From Phyllosticta citribraziliensis (taxonomy: Eukaryota), in assembly GCF_038025025.1 (NCBI RefSeq), contig NW_027117346.1, forward strand, positions 248,001 through 312,000: DNA of 64,000 nucleotides, given 5' to 3'. Position 1 is the first letter of the stretch. Each line of letters opens with the position of its first letter. The notes beneath the pieces are model-generated. The model worked only from the letters and a program-made list of their open reading frames with translations, had not been told where the DNA came from and ran no database searches. Below, one piece after another: positions 13,864 to 27,347 of the stretch. The position numbers and the translations under genes were made by a program.

Positions 13864-16023
13864 GAATGCTCCTCATCATCACGCCCACCCGGACATAAAT
13901 GCTCCTTGTGATCGCCGCGCTTGGGTGTTGAATGCTCCTTGTTGGTGTTCAGTTGGATGGACCAGATTGATTCCTCGGGGCTTCTGTGAATGGAAGAGAA
14001 GCGAGACTCGAGACAATGAGCAGCTGGAGCTCTGAGGGTGTGTACTTCTCCTTGGACCCTCAGCCACTACCGTGTGGGTTTTGAGACAATTACGCCTGTA
14101 GAAGCTGTGGGCGTGGCAGGCAAACATGTGCGGCCGCTCAGATCACTTCTCTCGCAAACAGCAACCAGAACCGTCAACGACTCCTCAGAAGATTCTAGTC
14201 CTTTCGAGTAGGTGCCAGATGCATGAGAGACCTGCGGAGATCCAGAAAATGCCCGCTGGCGGTGTTGCCTCCCGCTTTCGGCTGCCGGCTCACCAGCAGG
14301 CGGTGACTCTGCGTGAGAGCTTCCACGCATCAACAGGCGCTCCCTCTTCGCTGAAAGGGCCGATTCTTCTCGCTTAGTAGGCGCAGGCGCTTCGATATAA
14401 CGCCATTCCGACAACAGGCGCATCAATATTACGCTTTTCGGACAACAGGCGCTGCACCACATTGTTCGGCTAGGAAGCTCGGTCCACATGCTCAAGTACT
14501 TAAACCCGCTTCTCTGCCCCAAACTTCCCTTTCCTCTTTTCATACTTACCTAGTGAGGTGAGGGCTGAGTTCAAGATTCGGTCCCACTGCCTGGCTGCCC
14601 TGCATTGCACTTCGCGGTGGCGGCCTGGCAGGGTTCGCCTTCGGGGTTCCCCTTGCGCAATTTTTGATGTCTCTGCTTTTTTCATTGACGCTTTTCGCCT
14701 TGCGCGGGACGTTGAGGAAGATTGGGTGTGCGATTCTGGGTTCCTTTTTTTGTGGTGGCTTTGGTGGCGGTCAAGTTTGTTGACGTTGTTGTTGTCTTCT
14801 GTGTTGGGGTCCGCCTGCGCTGCGCGCTTGAATCGGTAGATGGGCACCGTTGAGCGCCAGCATGGTTGATCCCTTGATTTGTTTCGCAGTATCCACGCCT
14901 GTGTTCTGGCAAGCGATGAGAGGGACCCTATTGAAAGGTTTGTGCCAATCAATTTGACCACTGCTCTGAATGTGCCGACACTGTCGTGCAGGCCTACGCT
15001 TCAGCTTCACTGCGCCTGATCGCGACGACGGAAACGCTGCCTCTTGACTCCAGTCTTACGATCCCGTTCCTTGAGGTTCTTGAATCTGTTGCTCGACTCA
15101 AGGTCCGGCCAAAACTCTGATCTGGAGGCTGACCCGAGCTGGATGTGCGACCCACCCGACGACCACAACCACACACCGCCCGCGAACGGGACGACGCATG
15201 TGAGGAGAGGATGCACTGAATAAGACGATGCAGGAGCTTTAATCTCGGAACCTCTGGCAGAAACGCTCTACTTGGCTTTGGATTTGCTGGAGCTTCAATG
15301 GCGAATGTCTGAGGCTCGGAGGCACGTCAAGGATCCGTGATGAAGGTCGTCGCTCACAAAAAAAAAAGCGCGGCGGGTGACAGGGAGCGTTCGTACGCAT
15401 CACCACACATTTCTCAGGTACCAGCAGCACTCACGCTATCTTCCAAGCTGTGTTTAGAGCTACAGTTTCAGTAACTTCTTTGTCCGACGACGAATGCTTA
15501 CTCACCTACTGCCTTCTGTGAAGAGCACCAGATCATGCCGGCAAAGCACAAACCTTTCCTGGCGACCTGAGAACGGAGCAGAGATTCAACGGCGCGACGA
15601 TGAAGCCAGACTGGAGAGGAATCGGAAACATCAGTGCGGGCTTGACGCGGGAAAGAAAACGCGACTGCGTAGGGCCAGACTGAGCAGGAGGGTAGAGTAG
15701 GCACGGCAGGCGCAGACCAACTCAGCGCTCCAAGTCCTACTTCGTTCGCAACTCGAAGTCTAACACCCGAACAGCCCACTGCTGCTTCAAATTCGCTTCA
15801 AGACCACTGACAACCGCCATCATTTTATCCAACCTCTCCGCCTGCATCTTACCTCGGAGTCAGTCGCGGTAACTGACTTGATTCACCACCGCTCGTCTCA
15901 ATCATATCTAAGCTTACTTGAGCCTCATCAGTCTCCAGATTTCCGCCCGTCATTCCATTACCTAGCCACCACTGGCCTTGTCATCCTCTCACCAACCGTT
16001 TCCTTCCACGGCCGCACCACATC

Positions 16024-16827
16024 ATGCTTCCAACACACGCCGAACCCATTAATCTTGACAAGAACGAGCACGAAAACATGGCAGCCACCAGAGATTCTCC
16101 GGGCGAAGCGCCTGATCCAGGAACCAAAGCGAATGCTGGCGAAGTCAAGGCAATGTCCGTTTCAGTGATGGCAATTGCACAGGAAGAGGAAGGCGCCACG
16201 AACAGCGAAGCGGACGGAGATACCAAAGACGAGGACGAACAGGAAACGGACAACGAAGAAGGCGAGGATGATGGCGAGCAGGATACAGACTGTGACGAGG
16301 GCGGCGACAAGGACGACAACGACAACGACGACGAGCAGGTACCAAGTAACTCAGCCACCGCGAGAGACGCCGCAAAGAAAGCCAGAAAGCGGGCCTGGTA
16401 TTTGAGGAATCGCGAAAAGTTAAAATTGCGAGACGTTGTTGCCAGAGAAAAGGAATACAAAGAGGTGCAGCAGCTGTGCGCCGCGCTGGCCGTCAAGCGC
16501 AACAAGCCGACCAACTCGACTGACGATCAGGAGACGATATGGCTCCGGTGCCCTATCTGCGGAACGAGTAAAACCAGTGAGAGGGCGCTGGTTATGCATC
16601 AGAGGAAAGAATATGTCGGTGAGAAGAGTTCGCAGAAGAGGAAAGACGCAAGAGCCGAAGCAGGGATGTGGGTAGACTATGAAGCAGAACAGGAGAAAGA
16701 CGAGGAGGCGGAACAGGAGAAATACGACGAAGCGGGCCAGGAGAAATACGACGAAGCAGAGCTGTGGAAAGACAAGGAAGCGAAACCGGAGAAAGACGAG
16801 GAAGCGGAACTGGAGAAAGAGCAGTGA
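16024..16827 (+). CDS. Intronless acidic/basic low-complexity protein with a degenerate C2H2 finger and a C-terminal 8-aa repeat
   Basis: 267-aa ATG ORF with a D/E-rich tract, a basic AKKARKRAWYLRNREK segment, C-x2-C-x12-H-x4-Y, and six EAEQEK(D/Y)(E/D)-type repeats. Confidence 0.65.
   Translation: MLPTHAEPINLDKNEHENMAATRDSPGEAPDPGTKANAGEVKAMSVSVMAIAQEEEGATNSEADGDTKDEDEQETDNEEGEDDGEQDTDCDEGGDKDDNDNDDEQVPSNSATARDAAKKARKRAWYLRNREKLKLRDVVAREKEYKEVQQLCAALAVKRNKPTNSTDDQETIWLRCPICGTSKTSERALVMHQRKEYVGEKSSQKRKDARAEAGMWVDYEAEQEKDEEAEQEKYDEAGQEKYDEAELWKDKEAKPEKDEEAELEKEQ
16681..16824 (+). repeat. Coding minisatellite, 24-bp unit x6
   Basis: Units such as gaagcagaacaggagaaagacgag / gaggcggaacaggagaaatacgac / gaagcgggccaggagaaatacgac, all in phase. 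Confidence 0.9.
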
Positions 16828-18577
16828 TCAGCCAGCGTCGAGTCCAGACATTTCATCCGAGGCGACTTGACAGCGTCGTGTTTAATCGACAACGTCGAGG
16901 AAGCAAAGCTCGAGAGCGAGCAGCGGTCTCCATGAGCGATAAGTCAGCATATCCCACCAACAGGGCATCAGCCGAGCGGCGTATACTTCGTTTTTTCTTT
17001 CTTTCGATACAGGGCGGGCATCGTTTTCAAAGCAGGATGGAACGGATGAAGCAGCGAGGAGCGTCTAGTCTAGAGGGTGGCAATCGTTAGCCGAACAAAA
17101 GCAATAGAACGAAGCATTCACTTACTGAAGGCACCACAGCCAGCCAGCCCATCAAGAAAGAATCTTGCTCCCACCACCAGCGCAGCAGCTGAACACCGTC
17201 TTTTCCTTCACACAATCAAGTCACACACCCCAACATCAATGCATCCACACAAAGAACAAAAGCCAAGTAGAAAAAAGCTCCTATCCTATTACTCCACCAA
17301 TCCTATCTACGCCATCCACGGCGGCACTCACTGTCTTGCCTCCCATTCTTTCCCTCCCTATCCCGCGCCCTCTTCAAAAGCCAGGATGAAGAAAGGAAGA
17401 CAGAAACGACAGAGCAGCGCGGCAATTTTTACCCCGGCACAGACAGACAGACAGACAGACGGTTCGAGCGACTGGCTGAGTGACTGGCTGACTGGCCAAG
17501 CAAGCAAGCAGAGCAAGAAGGGGAATCAACAACGTATGTAACCAACTGATCACCAACCAACCAAACAAGAACCGCGGCGACGACAGCGACAGCAACACCG
17601 GACGGACGCGTCCACACACTCAATTTGATGACGGCGGAGAATTGGAAAACGTATGAATGGGAAGAAGCTAGCTAATGGAAGAAAGTGGGAAAAGGCAGAG
17701 CCGGTGGGCCGAAGAGCAATGCGATGCGACAAGACACGCCACGACAGGAGACCAGACGTCCGAGACAAAACAACCGCCATGAAGTTCCGTCCGGCGCCTG
17801 TACCACGCGTGCCCTGCTCTGCTCTGCTCAGCTCAGCTCGCCCAGCCAGCGCGACCCAACTCGACTCAGCGCCACATCCCAGAGTCTATTTAGTGTGATT
17901 CGAACGCCCCGGTACGCCAAATGAACAGACAGGCGAAGAACGGGGTGCGTACGAATTTGGATAATAAGAGAGACAGAAGCAAGCGAATAGAGAATGAACA
18001 AGACAGAGACCACCGCCACCGGCAACGACATGGCAAGAGCAGGCAGGACGCGCTGCTCGACGATGACTGCAGTTCCGACATTTGCAGCCGCCGTCTGCAG
18101 CGAAGAGTTGCCTTGCATTGCCTTGTCGAGCGGAGCACATTACGCCCCGCCGTCCGCCTGCTGGAAGAGAATTGAGATAGGAGCAAAGAAGCGACGAAGA
18201 CACGCGACTCGGGGATATGGAAAGAGCGCCAAACAAAAGCAGAAACAATATGGAGACGCGATGGAAAAGAATTCGTGTGTAGTCATTTTGAAAAAGCAGA
18301 AAGCAATCGCGTATGTTCCGACGACGCCTTTTCCCTTTCTTTGCTCATAGCCAGATAGCTTGGACCAGAGGCCAGTATCCAAACGGCACAGCGATGGGGA
18401 ATAAATACGGGGGCACTGGACATAAAAGATCGTGAAAAGAGAATGCTTGCGGCGAGGGGGTGAACATTAGGGCGACCAAGTTTAGTACGGTACAAGACAG
18501 TGTGAATACATCCGTTGGTACTTTGGTCTTGGGAGTGTCGGGTAGAAATATGGGGAATCTGTACAGCGAGGCAACTC

Positions 18578-21500
18578 TCATGGTACCTCTACTATACGTT
18601 GATTAGTGGTGGGGGGAATGGGGCCAAGACCTTCGCTCGGGGCCACTTGTGGGCGACCTTTGAGAGCAGATACGACGACCGAAGTGGCAGCGAATAGTTG
18701 GTCGAGGTGGCTGTGCAACATAATGGCCAGGACGATGAGGAGCAGAGGAATCTGACTAGTGTTAGTTCCATTACCACACCAAAGCACTGTTCAACTTACC
18801 CAGACGAAAAATAGGTTCCTGTCGCTCCGCATCTGCTTCATCTTGTGTGCGTGCGCGCGCCTGACGCGCTTCTGCTGCTTCTTTGTCAAGGTCTTCTTGC
18901 CAAATTCAACCTTGGGTACCGAGTTGCCAGTCGAGCTCTCTTCCGACTCTTGAGCCCCTTCTAATTCAGCCTCGCATGCCTGGTCGAGCAAGTGGTCTGC
19001 CGCGGCTTGGGCAGCTGATCTCTTCTTGATGTCCAAGTCCCTGGTCTTGTTTTCGGGGTATATCTCGTCATAGGCAGGAGGAGATGATGAAGAGGAAAAG
19101 AGGTCGCGCCACTTGGATTCTGTCCAAGGACGAGCCGTCTCATCGCTAGTCGAGGAGGAAGATGAGCGAGGAGGGTTGCGGTGGGGTACCAAGGAGCTTA
19201 TCCGTTGCATCATCGGGTGGCCCTGGTATCCCGGTATGTTGGGGAACTGGGGCAAGGCTGGGAGTTGCAATTGAGGCATGTTCCAGTGCATGTTTTGCTG
19301 CAGGTTGTGGAACTGGGCACTCAGATTCTGTCGCCAGGTGTGCGCTGGGGTCGACACGTCTGACTGGTCCTGGAGCGCAGACACGGGTACCATGTTCTTT
19401 GCGCTTCCTCTGCGTGAAGCGGTCCAGGCAACAGCAGCCTCTTCGGCTGACTCCTCCGAGTCTTCGCCCTCGTCCTCGTGATCAGCATCGACTGCCGAGA
19501 AATCGCTCATGTGGCTTGGGCTTGCCGACTCCCACAGAGAACGAGTCGAGGCTATGCTGCTAGCTCTACTGCGCAAGCTCAACGAGGCAGACCCAGCACT
19601 TCGCGTCCTTCGGTGTAGCTTTACTCGCGCAAGAGCATCTCTGACGTCTCCGGTCTTGGCAAAGTCCTCGGCAAGATAGCCTTGCAGCGTGCGCAGCGTT
19701 GGATCCGCTCCTCTCAAAATCAGACGACGCACAATATGCCCGTGTCCGTGCATGGCAGCCATCATCAATGGCGTGTATCCGCCAACGTCCCTCGCGTCTG
19801 GATGGGCTCCCCTTGCCAAAAGGCCAGCGACGACCCGACCGTAGCCGAGACAGGAAGCCAACGAGAGCATGGTAGCGCCCGATTTGTTCTTGAGGTTGAA
19901 ATTTGGCACGTGGGGGCTGTCGTCCATGTCGACGAGATTTAGGATTCCCAAAACGAGCTCCTCGGTATCCACGGAGGGCAGGCTAGCCCGTCCACCTTCT
20001 AACACGCTATTCCAGCCAGGGTAGAATCGTTTGATGTATGAGCGCGCAAAATTGAGAACATCGTCGTCCTTAAGCTGCCCAGTCTCCTTTTGATTCATGA
20101 GGTGTATGCAGAGCTCGAACATCCGTAATGCATCGTCGTCCAAATACTTAAACGTGGCTGGAGGACCAGACAACGCAGCTGTGTTGAATCCTGGTTGACC
20201 ATTGATTCGGATAGTGACCGAAACGGTGCCGGCGCAGGCTGCGGGGGGAAGAAGACACACGAGAAGTTGGCTGTTCCAGAACGTCGTAGTCGTTGCAATC
20301 TGGTCTCCAAAGAGGATATCCATGCTTTTCGTGAAGCCGGAACCCAAGATCGACACCTCGATGCCACCAGCTTTGGAGTATTGGTTGGGCACGAGCTTGA
20401 AGATGTGAGGAGGATCGGCGCGAGCTTGCGCTGGCATGTTGACCGCATTATTGATTAGACCATTCATGGTAGCTTGCGGGAATGTCCCAATCGACTGTCG
20501 TCCTAAAGATGGGCTGGGAGCTCGACTATGATTCACAGAAGTCGGGACGGAAGAGTAAAACTGGTACTGCGCATTGTCCATGCTTCCTGCGCGGTTTGGA
20601 GTAATCGGACAAGTACTTCCGGGTGTGGGCGGGTTCGAGGGGAAGGGGTTCTGAGCAGGCAACGGCTGTACGCCGTAGAGTGCATCGTTGGGCGATACGA
20701 AAGGCGTATTCTGAGAAGCAGCAGCTGGCGACATGGCCCCTAGACCAGACAGGTCTCCGCCCGCGGTCGGACTATTCTGATCGTGAACTCGTGTCATAGC
20801 CAAGTCCCTTGGGAGCTTGTGCGAGTGCGTCGAGGAGCTAGATTTTCTCTTCTTGTTTGGACCATGTTGCGTGGCGACCGGAGACGTCTGTCTAGAAGCA
20901 TGTCGAGGCGTCAATGTAGAAGACGAACCCTGCGATGCGCCGCCGCTCTGGCCGAACTGAGGGCTGGTCATCCACGAGTTGGTGGAAAGACTTGTCAGGT
21001 CATTGGTGGAGTGGTAAGCTCGGCGTGGCGGAGCCGTCGGCATATCAGACGGCGGAAGGACTGACCCATTGATGTTGAATTGGCTGGCCGAATCAAACTG
21101 CAACGGACCGGCAGAAGGACCGCTGTTTGTCTTGTGGTCGTCCGTGATGAGAATTGGACATGTAATGGCCTGGGCTAGGACGTGGTCTTGATGATCTTTG
21201 ATTGTGAAGATTACCCTGGGAGAAAAGTTAGACCTGAACCCTTCTTCGAAACGGCCGACTTACTGGAATCCACTCTTTTCTTGTTGGTGGCGGCAATAGC
21301 AAGCAATGCGCATTGGAACTTCGATTTGTTTTGCACCGGGCGGAAAGCGATGATTGTTCAAGTGCTCAACCTTGGAGGTGGCTGGCGCTGTCCATTCCTT
21401 GTACTCCTTGTCATTGAACACAATGACGCGGTCATACTCGTACTTTTGCCATGTTGCCTCGTCTTCCACCTTCTTGACTCTTTTGCGAGCTGCTCTTTTT

Positions 21501-22805
21501 CGTTCTCGTTGAACGCAGTTGTTGCAGATGCGAATAGGTCCCCCGTTGAGCGGCTTTTCAGGGTCATCGGGATTATCCTCGGACTCGTAAGTGTTCGAGT
21601 TATTCAGCTTGCCAGTCATGACGTCGTTGGAATCGAAGCTCGCTGCGCGGTCAAGAGCTCGCTCCAATAAGTCTGGTTTCTCCATGGCGCTGGCGCACAC
21701 CAGGTAGGTATGCAACTCCAGAGTATTGGGGTCTTTTTCTCTGTGCTTTGCCAAGAGTTTTGGTTTTGAAATGGAGTTGACCGGAAGATGCAATCTGGTG
21801 ATGTTGTCCGGAAAAGGGACCATTGTCATCCTGATGTTGATTTGGGTTTCGACTCTTGACTTGTTTCCATCCTGGTGAATATACAACGCGTTTGGATACC
21901 GTTTGCACAGAGACGATTTTGGGGGTGACAAGACGCCATGCCATGCCGCGTTTTGCGTGGCCGCGGTGTTGTTGGCGTTGAATGGTGCAAAATTGCCGGG
22001 CGAAGCACCTTGGCTGCCGCTGATTCCAGACATTGGCGAGGCGTCTCTGGAGCCAAGCAGGAATTGTGCTTCTGTGGTAGGCTGGACCTGGTGCGTCGAT
22101 TAGCATATTTTTTTTCTATTTATGCGGGTCAACACTTACTTGGCCGACATTTCGAGCGGAGGCGCCGTTTGCCAAGTTCATGTCAGTAGGTGCAATGGTC
22201 GTGTTGGGAGCACGCTGCTCGTTGCCAATAGGGCTTGCCACGTAATGTGCAAAGCTTGAATCAGCCATGCTACGGCTAACCATGTCGACGTCGTCCAAGC
22301 CAGCAGATTCTTCAATCTCAGTCTTGACCCAAGGGAAATCCAAATGAGGCGAGCTGATGGAGGCTCCTTGTGACTCATCCCTCGGCCAATTGGTTGTACT
22401 CGAGCGCTCAAAGTCGAAGAAGCTGGTTGGGGCTGGCGAAGAGTCGGACGACGTCAGCTTGCGCTTTCGCCTTCGCGAAGTCTCCGAGGCCGAATCCTGG
22501 CTGGAGCTTTCCGGCGAAGAGGAAGATATGGTTGATCGGGATTGCAGGGTCGCATGTGTCTGGGAGAGGGCGGGGGTCTGGTCGCGTTGAGACGGAAGAG
22601 GCTTTGCAGGCGAGTGGTAGCCGTGGGGGTTTGCCAGAGTGGCAGCGCCCGGGACAGGCGAGGATACAAAGGCGTCATTGTTGAGATAATCGCCAAAATC
22701 GAGGGCGGCGGCGGCGGCGTCGGTCATGGCGGTTGATTCGAACATGTTTTCGTCGCAGTTCCAATCCATGTCGGCGCCCATGATGTGAACGTTGTCGGAC
22801 GACAT
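18578..22805 (-). CDS. MGA2: Spt23/Mga2-type membrane-tethered transcription factor (IPT/TIG domain, ankyrin repeats, C-terminal TM), multi-exon
   Basis: Motifs KSRVETQINI, LHLPVNSISKPKLL, ICNNCVQRERKRAARK, RIACYCRHQQEK; IPT segment GGIEVSILGSGF..ATTTTFWNSQLLVCLLPP; ankyrin GGYTPLMMAAMHGH; RSDRNLFFVW|IPLLLIVLAIML TM split by the last intron. ATG at 22805, stop at 18578. Confidence 0.92.
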
Positions 22806-23172
22806 GGTGAAGAGGGCTTGGAGCCGGAGGACGGGTTCGGCGGCGGGAGCGAGGGTTGGCGGTTTTGTCAAGGGAGAGCGGCGTCGTTCAAAAATGCGCA
22901 AATCCTGGGGCTCGAGTTGTAATTGATCGTCGGAGCGGCGGTCGAGGTCTAGGGACTCGAGGGGGGTCAGGGAACACAGAGGCGGGTCCTTGGTCGCACA
23001 CTACGGGAGCATGGCTTGTCGAGGTCGGAGAGGGTTAGAATTGAGAGCAAAGGCGGGAGTGCGAGCGGTGGAGGGGACGAGTGGAGCGTGTCGGTGGTGG
23101 AGTGGAGTGGAGTTTAGTTTGGTTTGGCGCCTGGCGTCGTCGTCGTGTCCCGTGGTGCCGTCCCGCACCAGA

Positions 23173-23213
23173 GCAGGGCAGGGCAGGGCAGGGCAGGGCA
23201 GGGCAGGGCAGGG
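23173..23213. repeat. (GGGCA)n pentamer tract, G-quadruplex-capable, upstream of MGA2
   Basis: About 8 consecutive GGG runs with 2-nt loops. A (GCG)n tract follows at ~23431-23463. Confidence 0.85.
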
Positions 23214-23430
23214 TAGGCGGCAGGGCAAGCGGCGGCAGGCGGCAGCGAAACGAAACGAAACGAAGCCGATGCCAGAGTTGAATTAAAATGCGTGCGAGGT
23301 GGGTGGGTCGGAGGTTGGATGCAGATGGTTTGGCCGACGGCGTAGGTCGGTAAGGTAGGTAGGGTACTCACAGCAAACTGGATCTGGCTGCACTGGCTGG
23401 CTGAGCGTGGGTGCGGTGCAGCGACGGGGT

Positions 23431-23463
<33 letters not shown>

Positions 23464-26184
23464 TATTGTATGTATGCGTGGGTGTACTGTACTGTACTGT
23501 AACTGTAACAGTTAGTCAGCGCCGGAGTCGGAGTTGGGGTCGCGGAGAGGGCAAGGCGCAGCCCATCTTACCTGAGGTGAAGGCTCGGCGAAAGCTGTCC
23601 AGTCAAGTGCATTGCAGTGGGAAAACGACAAGCATTGGGGATTCAACGCAGCTTTAAAGGCGTGTGGCAAGGCTCCTGTGGGCGAAACTGTGGTCATTCA
23701 CGTCCTGTGCTCGACAACAGCCATGGTACATTACGACGTCCATCTCTGGACAGCGGACGACTCAACTGACAAAGCCATGGTCGTCTTCTGTTCTCCCAGA
23801 TTACCAACCCCAAAGTCGACCTCCCCTCTCCCTCGCGCTGCACCAAGACCTGTACAAGGACCAGGACCAGGACCAGGACATGCATGAGCATCCACCACGG
23901 ACGCGAGATAGGAATGGCGGCACCAAGTCCACTCATCGAGCCCGTGCAAGCTCCCGCCTTGGCCTGCTCTCGCCCTTGATGCAGAACCACCTCTTCTCCG
24001 GCCTGTCCGGCTCCAAATGCCAACCTATCATCCGTCCCTCATTCCGTCAACCCTGCTCTGCATTTTTTTTCAGGCCTACGTACCTTACCCTGCCAGGAAC
24101 TGCGGTGCCATTGTCCAAGTCGACTCGTCCTGGCGTCTGCTGCCGTGGGACCACTGCTGCTGTACCGCCAAGTCTCCATTGTATCTACTCCTACGCTGCC
24201 CATCTGTACCGGCTGCTGACGATGCCGCACGTCAGTCATCATCCGTCATGCATCCATCGCTATCAGCTCCCTGCACCTCCGCACATTGGCATTCCGTAAC
24301 TTTGTTTGTTTTGTCCTGTTTGTTGATGTCCTGCCTGTTGCAAAGCTTCTGCGGCAAGGCTTCGCATTCTCGCACCACCGCCTCTAATCAACCTCGACCG
24401 CACCGCGGGGAGCCAATGGCACCACGCGGCCGCCGCCGTCTGTCGATTGCCTCGTCAATTGTCCCCACAATGGCCGCCCCTTGAATTCTTTTTTTGCTCT
24501 GTACAATAGATCGCCTCCCAAAAACAGACATTCCAGGATTCATATTTCTAGCTTTTCATGTCCGCTCAAGCACGGCACCATCCCTGATCTTCGGCCAGGT
24601 ATCAGTCCGACTTGCTTTTTTTCGCCGCCTCAAGATTGCCAGACATCGCTGATCGTACGCCACGATGCCACTTTCGGTTCTGGGGCAGCATTCTGCACCA
24701 CCAATACGGCAAAGATTTCAAAAGCCGTCCAGCACCACGATGCGAATCTCCATCTGCACCGGCAAGTCCCACAGTCTACATGAATAGGTGGCGCGTTGAT
24801 GTTCAAGGCCGTCGGCCAGCGTCCATGACCGGTCCCAAAAAGCAGCCCCAGAATGTGTATTAGACCCTTTCTAAGCTTGGGGCGTCCCTGCGGAGTCGTG
24901 CTAGCGCATCACCTCGGCCTCCGTCGATTGCTCCATCTATATGGTGGACGTTGTCTCTGGGCTGCAGAGCACCCATGAAACGCGAGCGAGTACGAGTGGT
25001 GAGAAGTAGAGGTGTGGAGCTGTCTCACGTCACTCGAATCCAAGTTCCCTGTCTGGCCTGTTGGTACCCTCGACCGTCTCGCGCTCCTTGCGCCAACTTT
25101 TTTCCTGTTCGCTCGCCGACCTGGGCGTTGTGCCGGCTTCGCATTCAAGAGCTGACTAGCAGCGGGCGGCGTCATAATAGCTTTGTCGCTGAACAAGCTC
25201 TCGTCCGTCCCGGTCCGCTCCCCTACCGTTGTCCGTCAGAGTCTGTTCCGCCACTTGGCGCCCCGGAGGCCAAGGGCTCCGAGCGGCCGTTCCCAAGGCA
25301 CAGACCACGAGATTGGGGAGCGCACCGCAGCGAGGGTCGCCAACGTCGCCGCCTCTGTACCACTCCAAAATCATGGCACGCGCGCCGTGCCTGCAACGTC
25401 CTGTCTACCGTCTTTGGATCTTCCCGCAGTCTAGCCGCCGCAACCTGCTGCTCCCACACCTAGCGCCCGCAATGATGCTTTTTGCTCGTCTTCGTCATTT
25501 GCAATTGACTTTGGACGCGCCATCGCAGGGGCTCAAACACGCAACCAAGCTTTCATGCACCCTCCGCGCACAGCCAAAGAAGTCGATCCCAGCCGCACGT
25601 GGCTGGGCGAAAAAGCAATGGAACTGCTTCAAACGACTTGCTCGTCTACTCGTGGCGGCTGTCAGCCTTGTCAGGAACCATGACGCCGCATGCTTCAGCA
25701 TCTCCAGCCGTGCAGTGCGACCGTTTGATCCAAAGCATACAAAGCAAAAGTTCCTTGACGCGCTGTTGACAGGGACGGGGGCGTCCAATGATTCGAAAAA
25801 GAAGCATAGCCCCTGTCTCAACCACCAACCAAATTCGGAGCAACATGAACGTGTGTACCTGCAGAAGTGCTCACTGCCCAGGGCACTGGTCCAAAGGGTC
25901 AGATCTCTACCAGACCACACCAATTTTCGCTACTCGGGTCGTCCAACCTAAAAGTGACTTCGATTTGACCAGGTAGAATTTCTCTTCATCGCTGGCACTA
26001 GGTATCACGTGTACTTCCTTATCTATGTGTCCATTACACTCGCATCCATTTGAAATCGACGAACGAGTTGTTGACTCTCAACGCGTGTGCTTCTGTGGGG
26101 GGAAGAGGTATAAAAAGGCGTCTCATCACCACTTCCAAGTTGATATTTCCCCTCATTCGAAGTTCTCGTGTCCCCCCCACCCCA

Positions 26185-26215
<31 letters not shown>

Positions 26216-27120
26216 TAATGCCCCCTTCCCTTTCGATTTAAAAGAAACGGCCCAACTTGTCTGTATCCATGACTTACATATGCACAGGAGTCACCTATCG
26301 AGGTACCGCGCGGCATTTGCCGCCGCCACCTGCAAAAAACACTTGACGAGGACGTCTCAACAAGCGGACCAGCTTCTTGAGTCGGACTAGGCTCATCATA
26401 CCAGAGAAGAGAGCCTCAAACGAGCGACCAGCTGTCTGAGGGCCATCATCCTTGTCTGAGCACGACTATGGCAGACGCCTGTTGGCTGACACTTGATCTG
26501 GGAGAGCGGCACCACGTCAAGAATCGTCCTTGACTGACCATGGCCAAGGCATGACAGACACCTGCCGAAGGATGTGATGCAGCGGCATCTCCTCGCCCGG
26601 AGGGAGGGCGAGAGGGATGGGGTCCTGCAACTCCCCCAACATCTCCCCCCGTGTGCCGTCTTCTTGCTCTGATTTGCGCGTCTCAGACGCAACACTTCCG
26701 CGGGCCGGTACGGTCTGACATGCTCTATGGAATATCGAAATAACGCACAGCGCAGGACGAGGGCGGAGATGTCGGCTGGTCTGACCGGCCCACTCACTTT
26801 CAGAGTAGGTACCGCGAGTCCTCCCCCAACAACAGCGCTTTCGCGGCCGGTGGTTCATTCGTCTATCAGCCATGGTAGGCGATGGGGCTGTGCCTCAACA
26901 GCACCCATGAACGGTAAGTGGTCGACACAGGAAACTGCAGCAGTATCAGTATCAGTACCAGTACCAATACCAACAGCAGTGGGAGGCTTAGCCAACCAGC
27001 CAGTCAACCACCTAACGCTGTCACCGCCTCACTGCTCGCTCAGACGCCCTCGCGACGTCCCAATGACACGCGCAGACTCTCTCCGTCACTCGCTTATTCA
27101 CGCGCGCTGAGACCTTCCTA

Positions 27121-27154
<34 letters not shown>

Positions 27155-27269
27155 GTCTCCCGTCTCCCGTCTCCCGTCTCCCGTCTCCCGTCTCCCGTCT
27201 CCCGTCTCCCGTCTCCCGTCTCCCGTCTCCCGTCTCCCGTCTCCCGTCTCCCGTCTCCTGTCTCCTGTT

Positions 27270-27344
<75 letters not shown>
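27121..27344. repeat. Heptamer tandem array (TCTCCYG)x32
   Basis: (TCTCCTG)x4, then (TCTCCCG)x15, then (TCTCCTG)x13 with one TTTCCTG variant. Confidence 0.95.

Positions 27345-27347
<3 letters not shown>

Noticed and set aside
27121..27344. CRISPR-like or telomeric array
   Set aside because: There are no spacers, the context is eukaryotic, and the unit is not TTAGGG-like.
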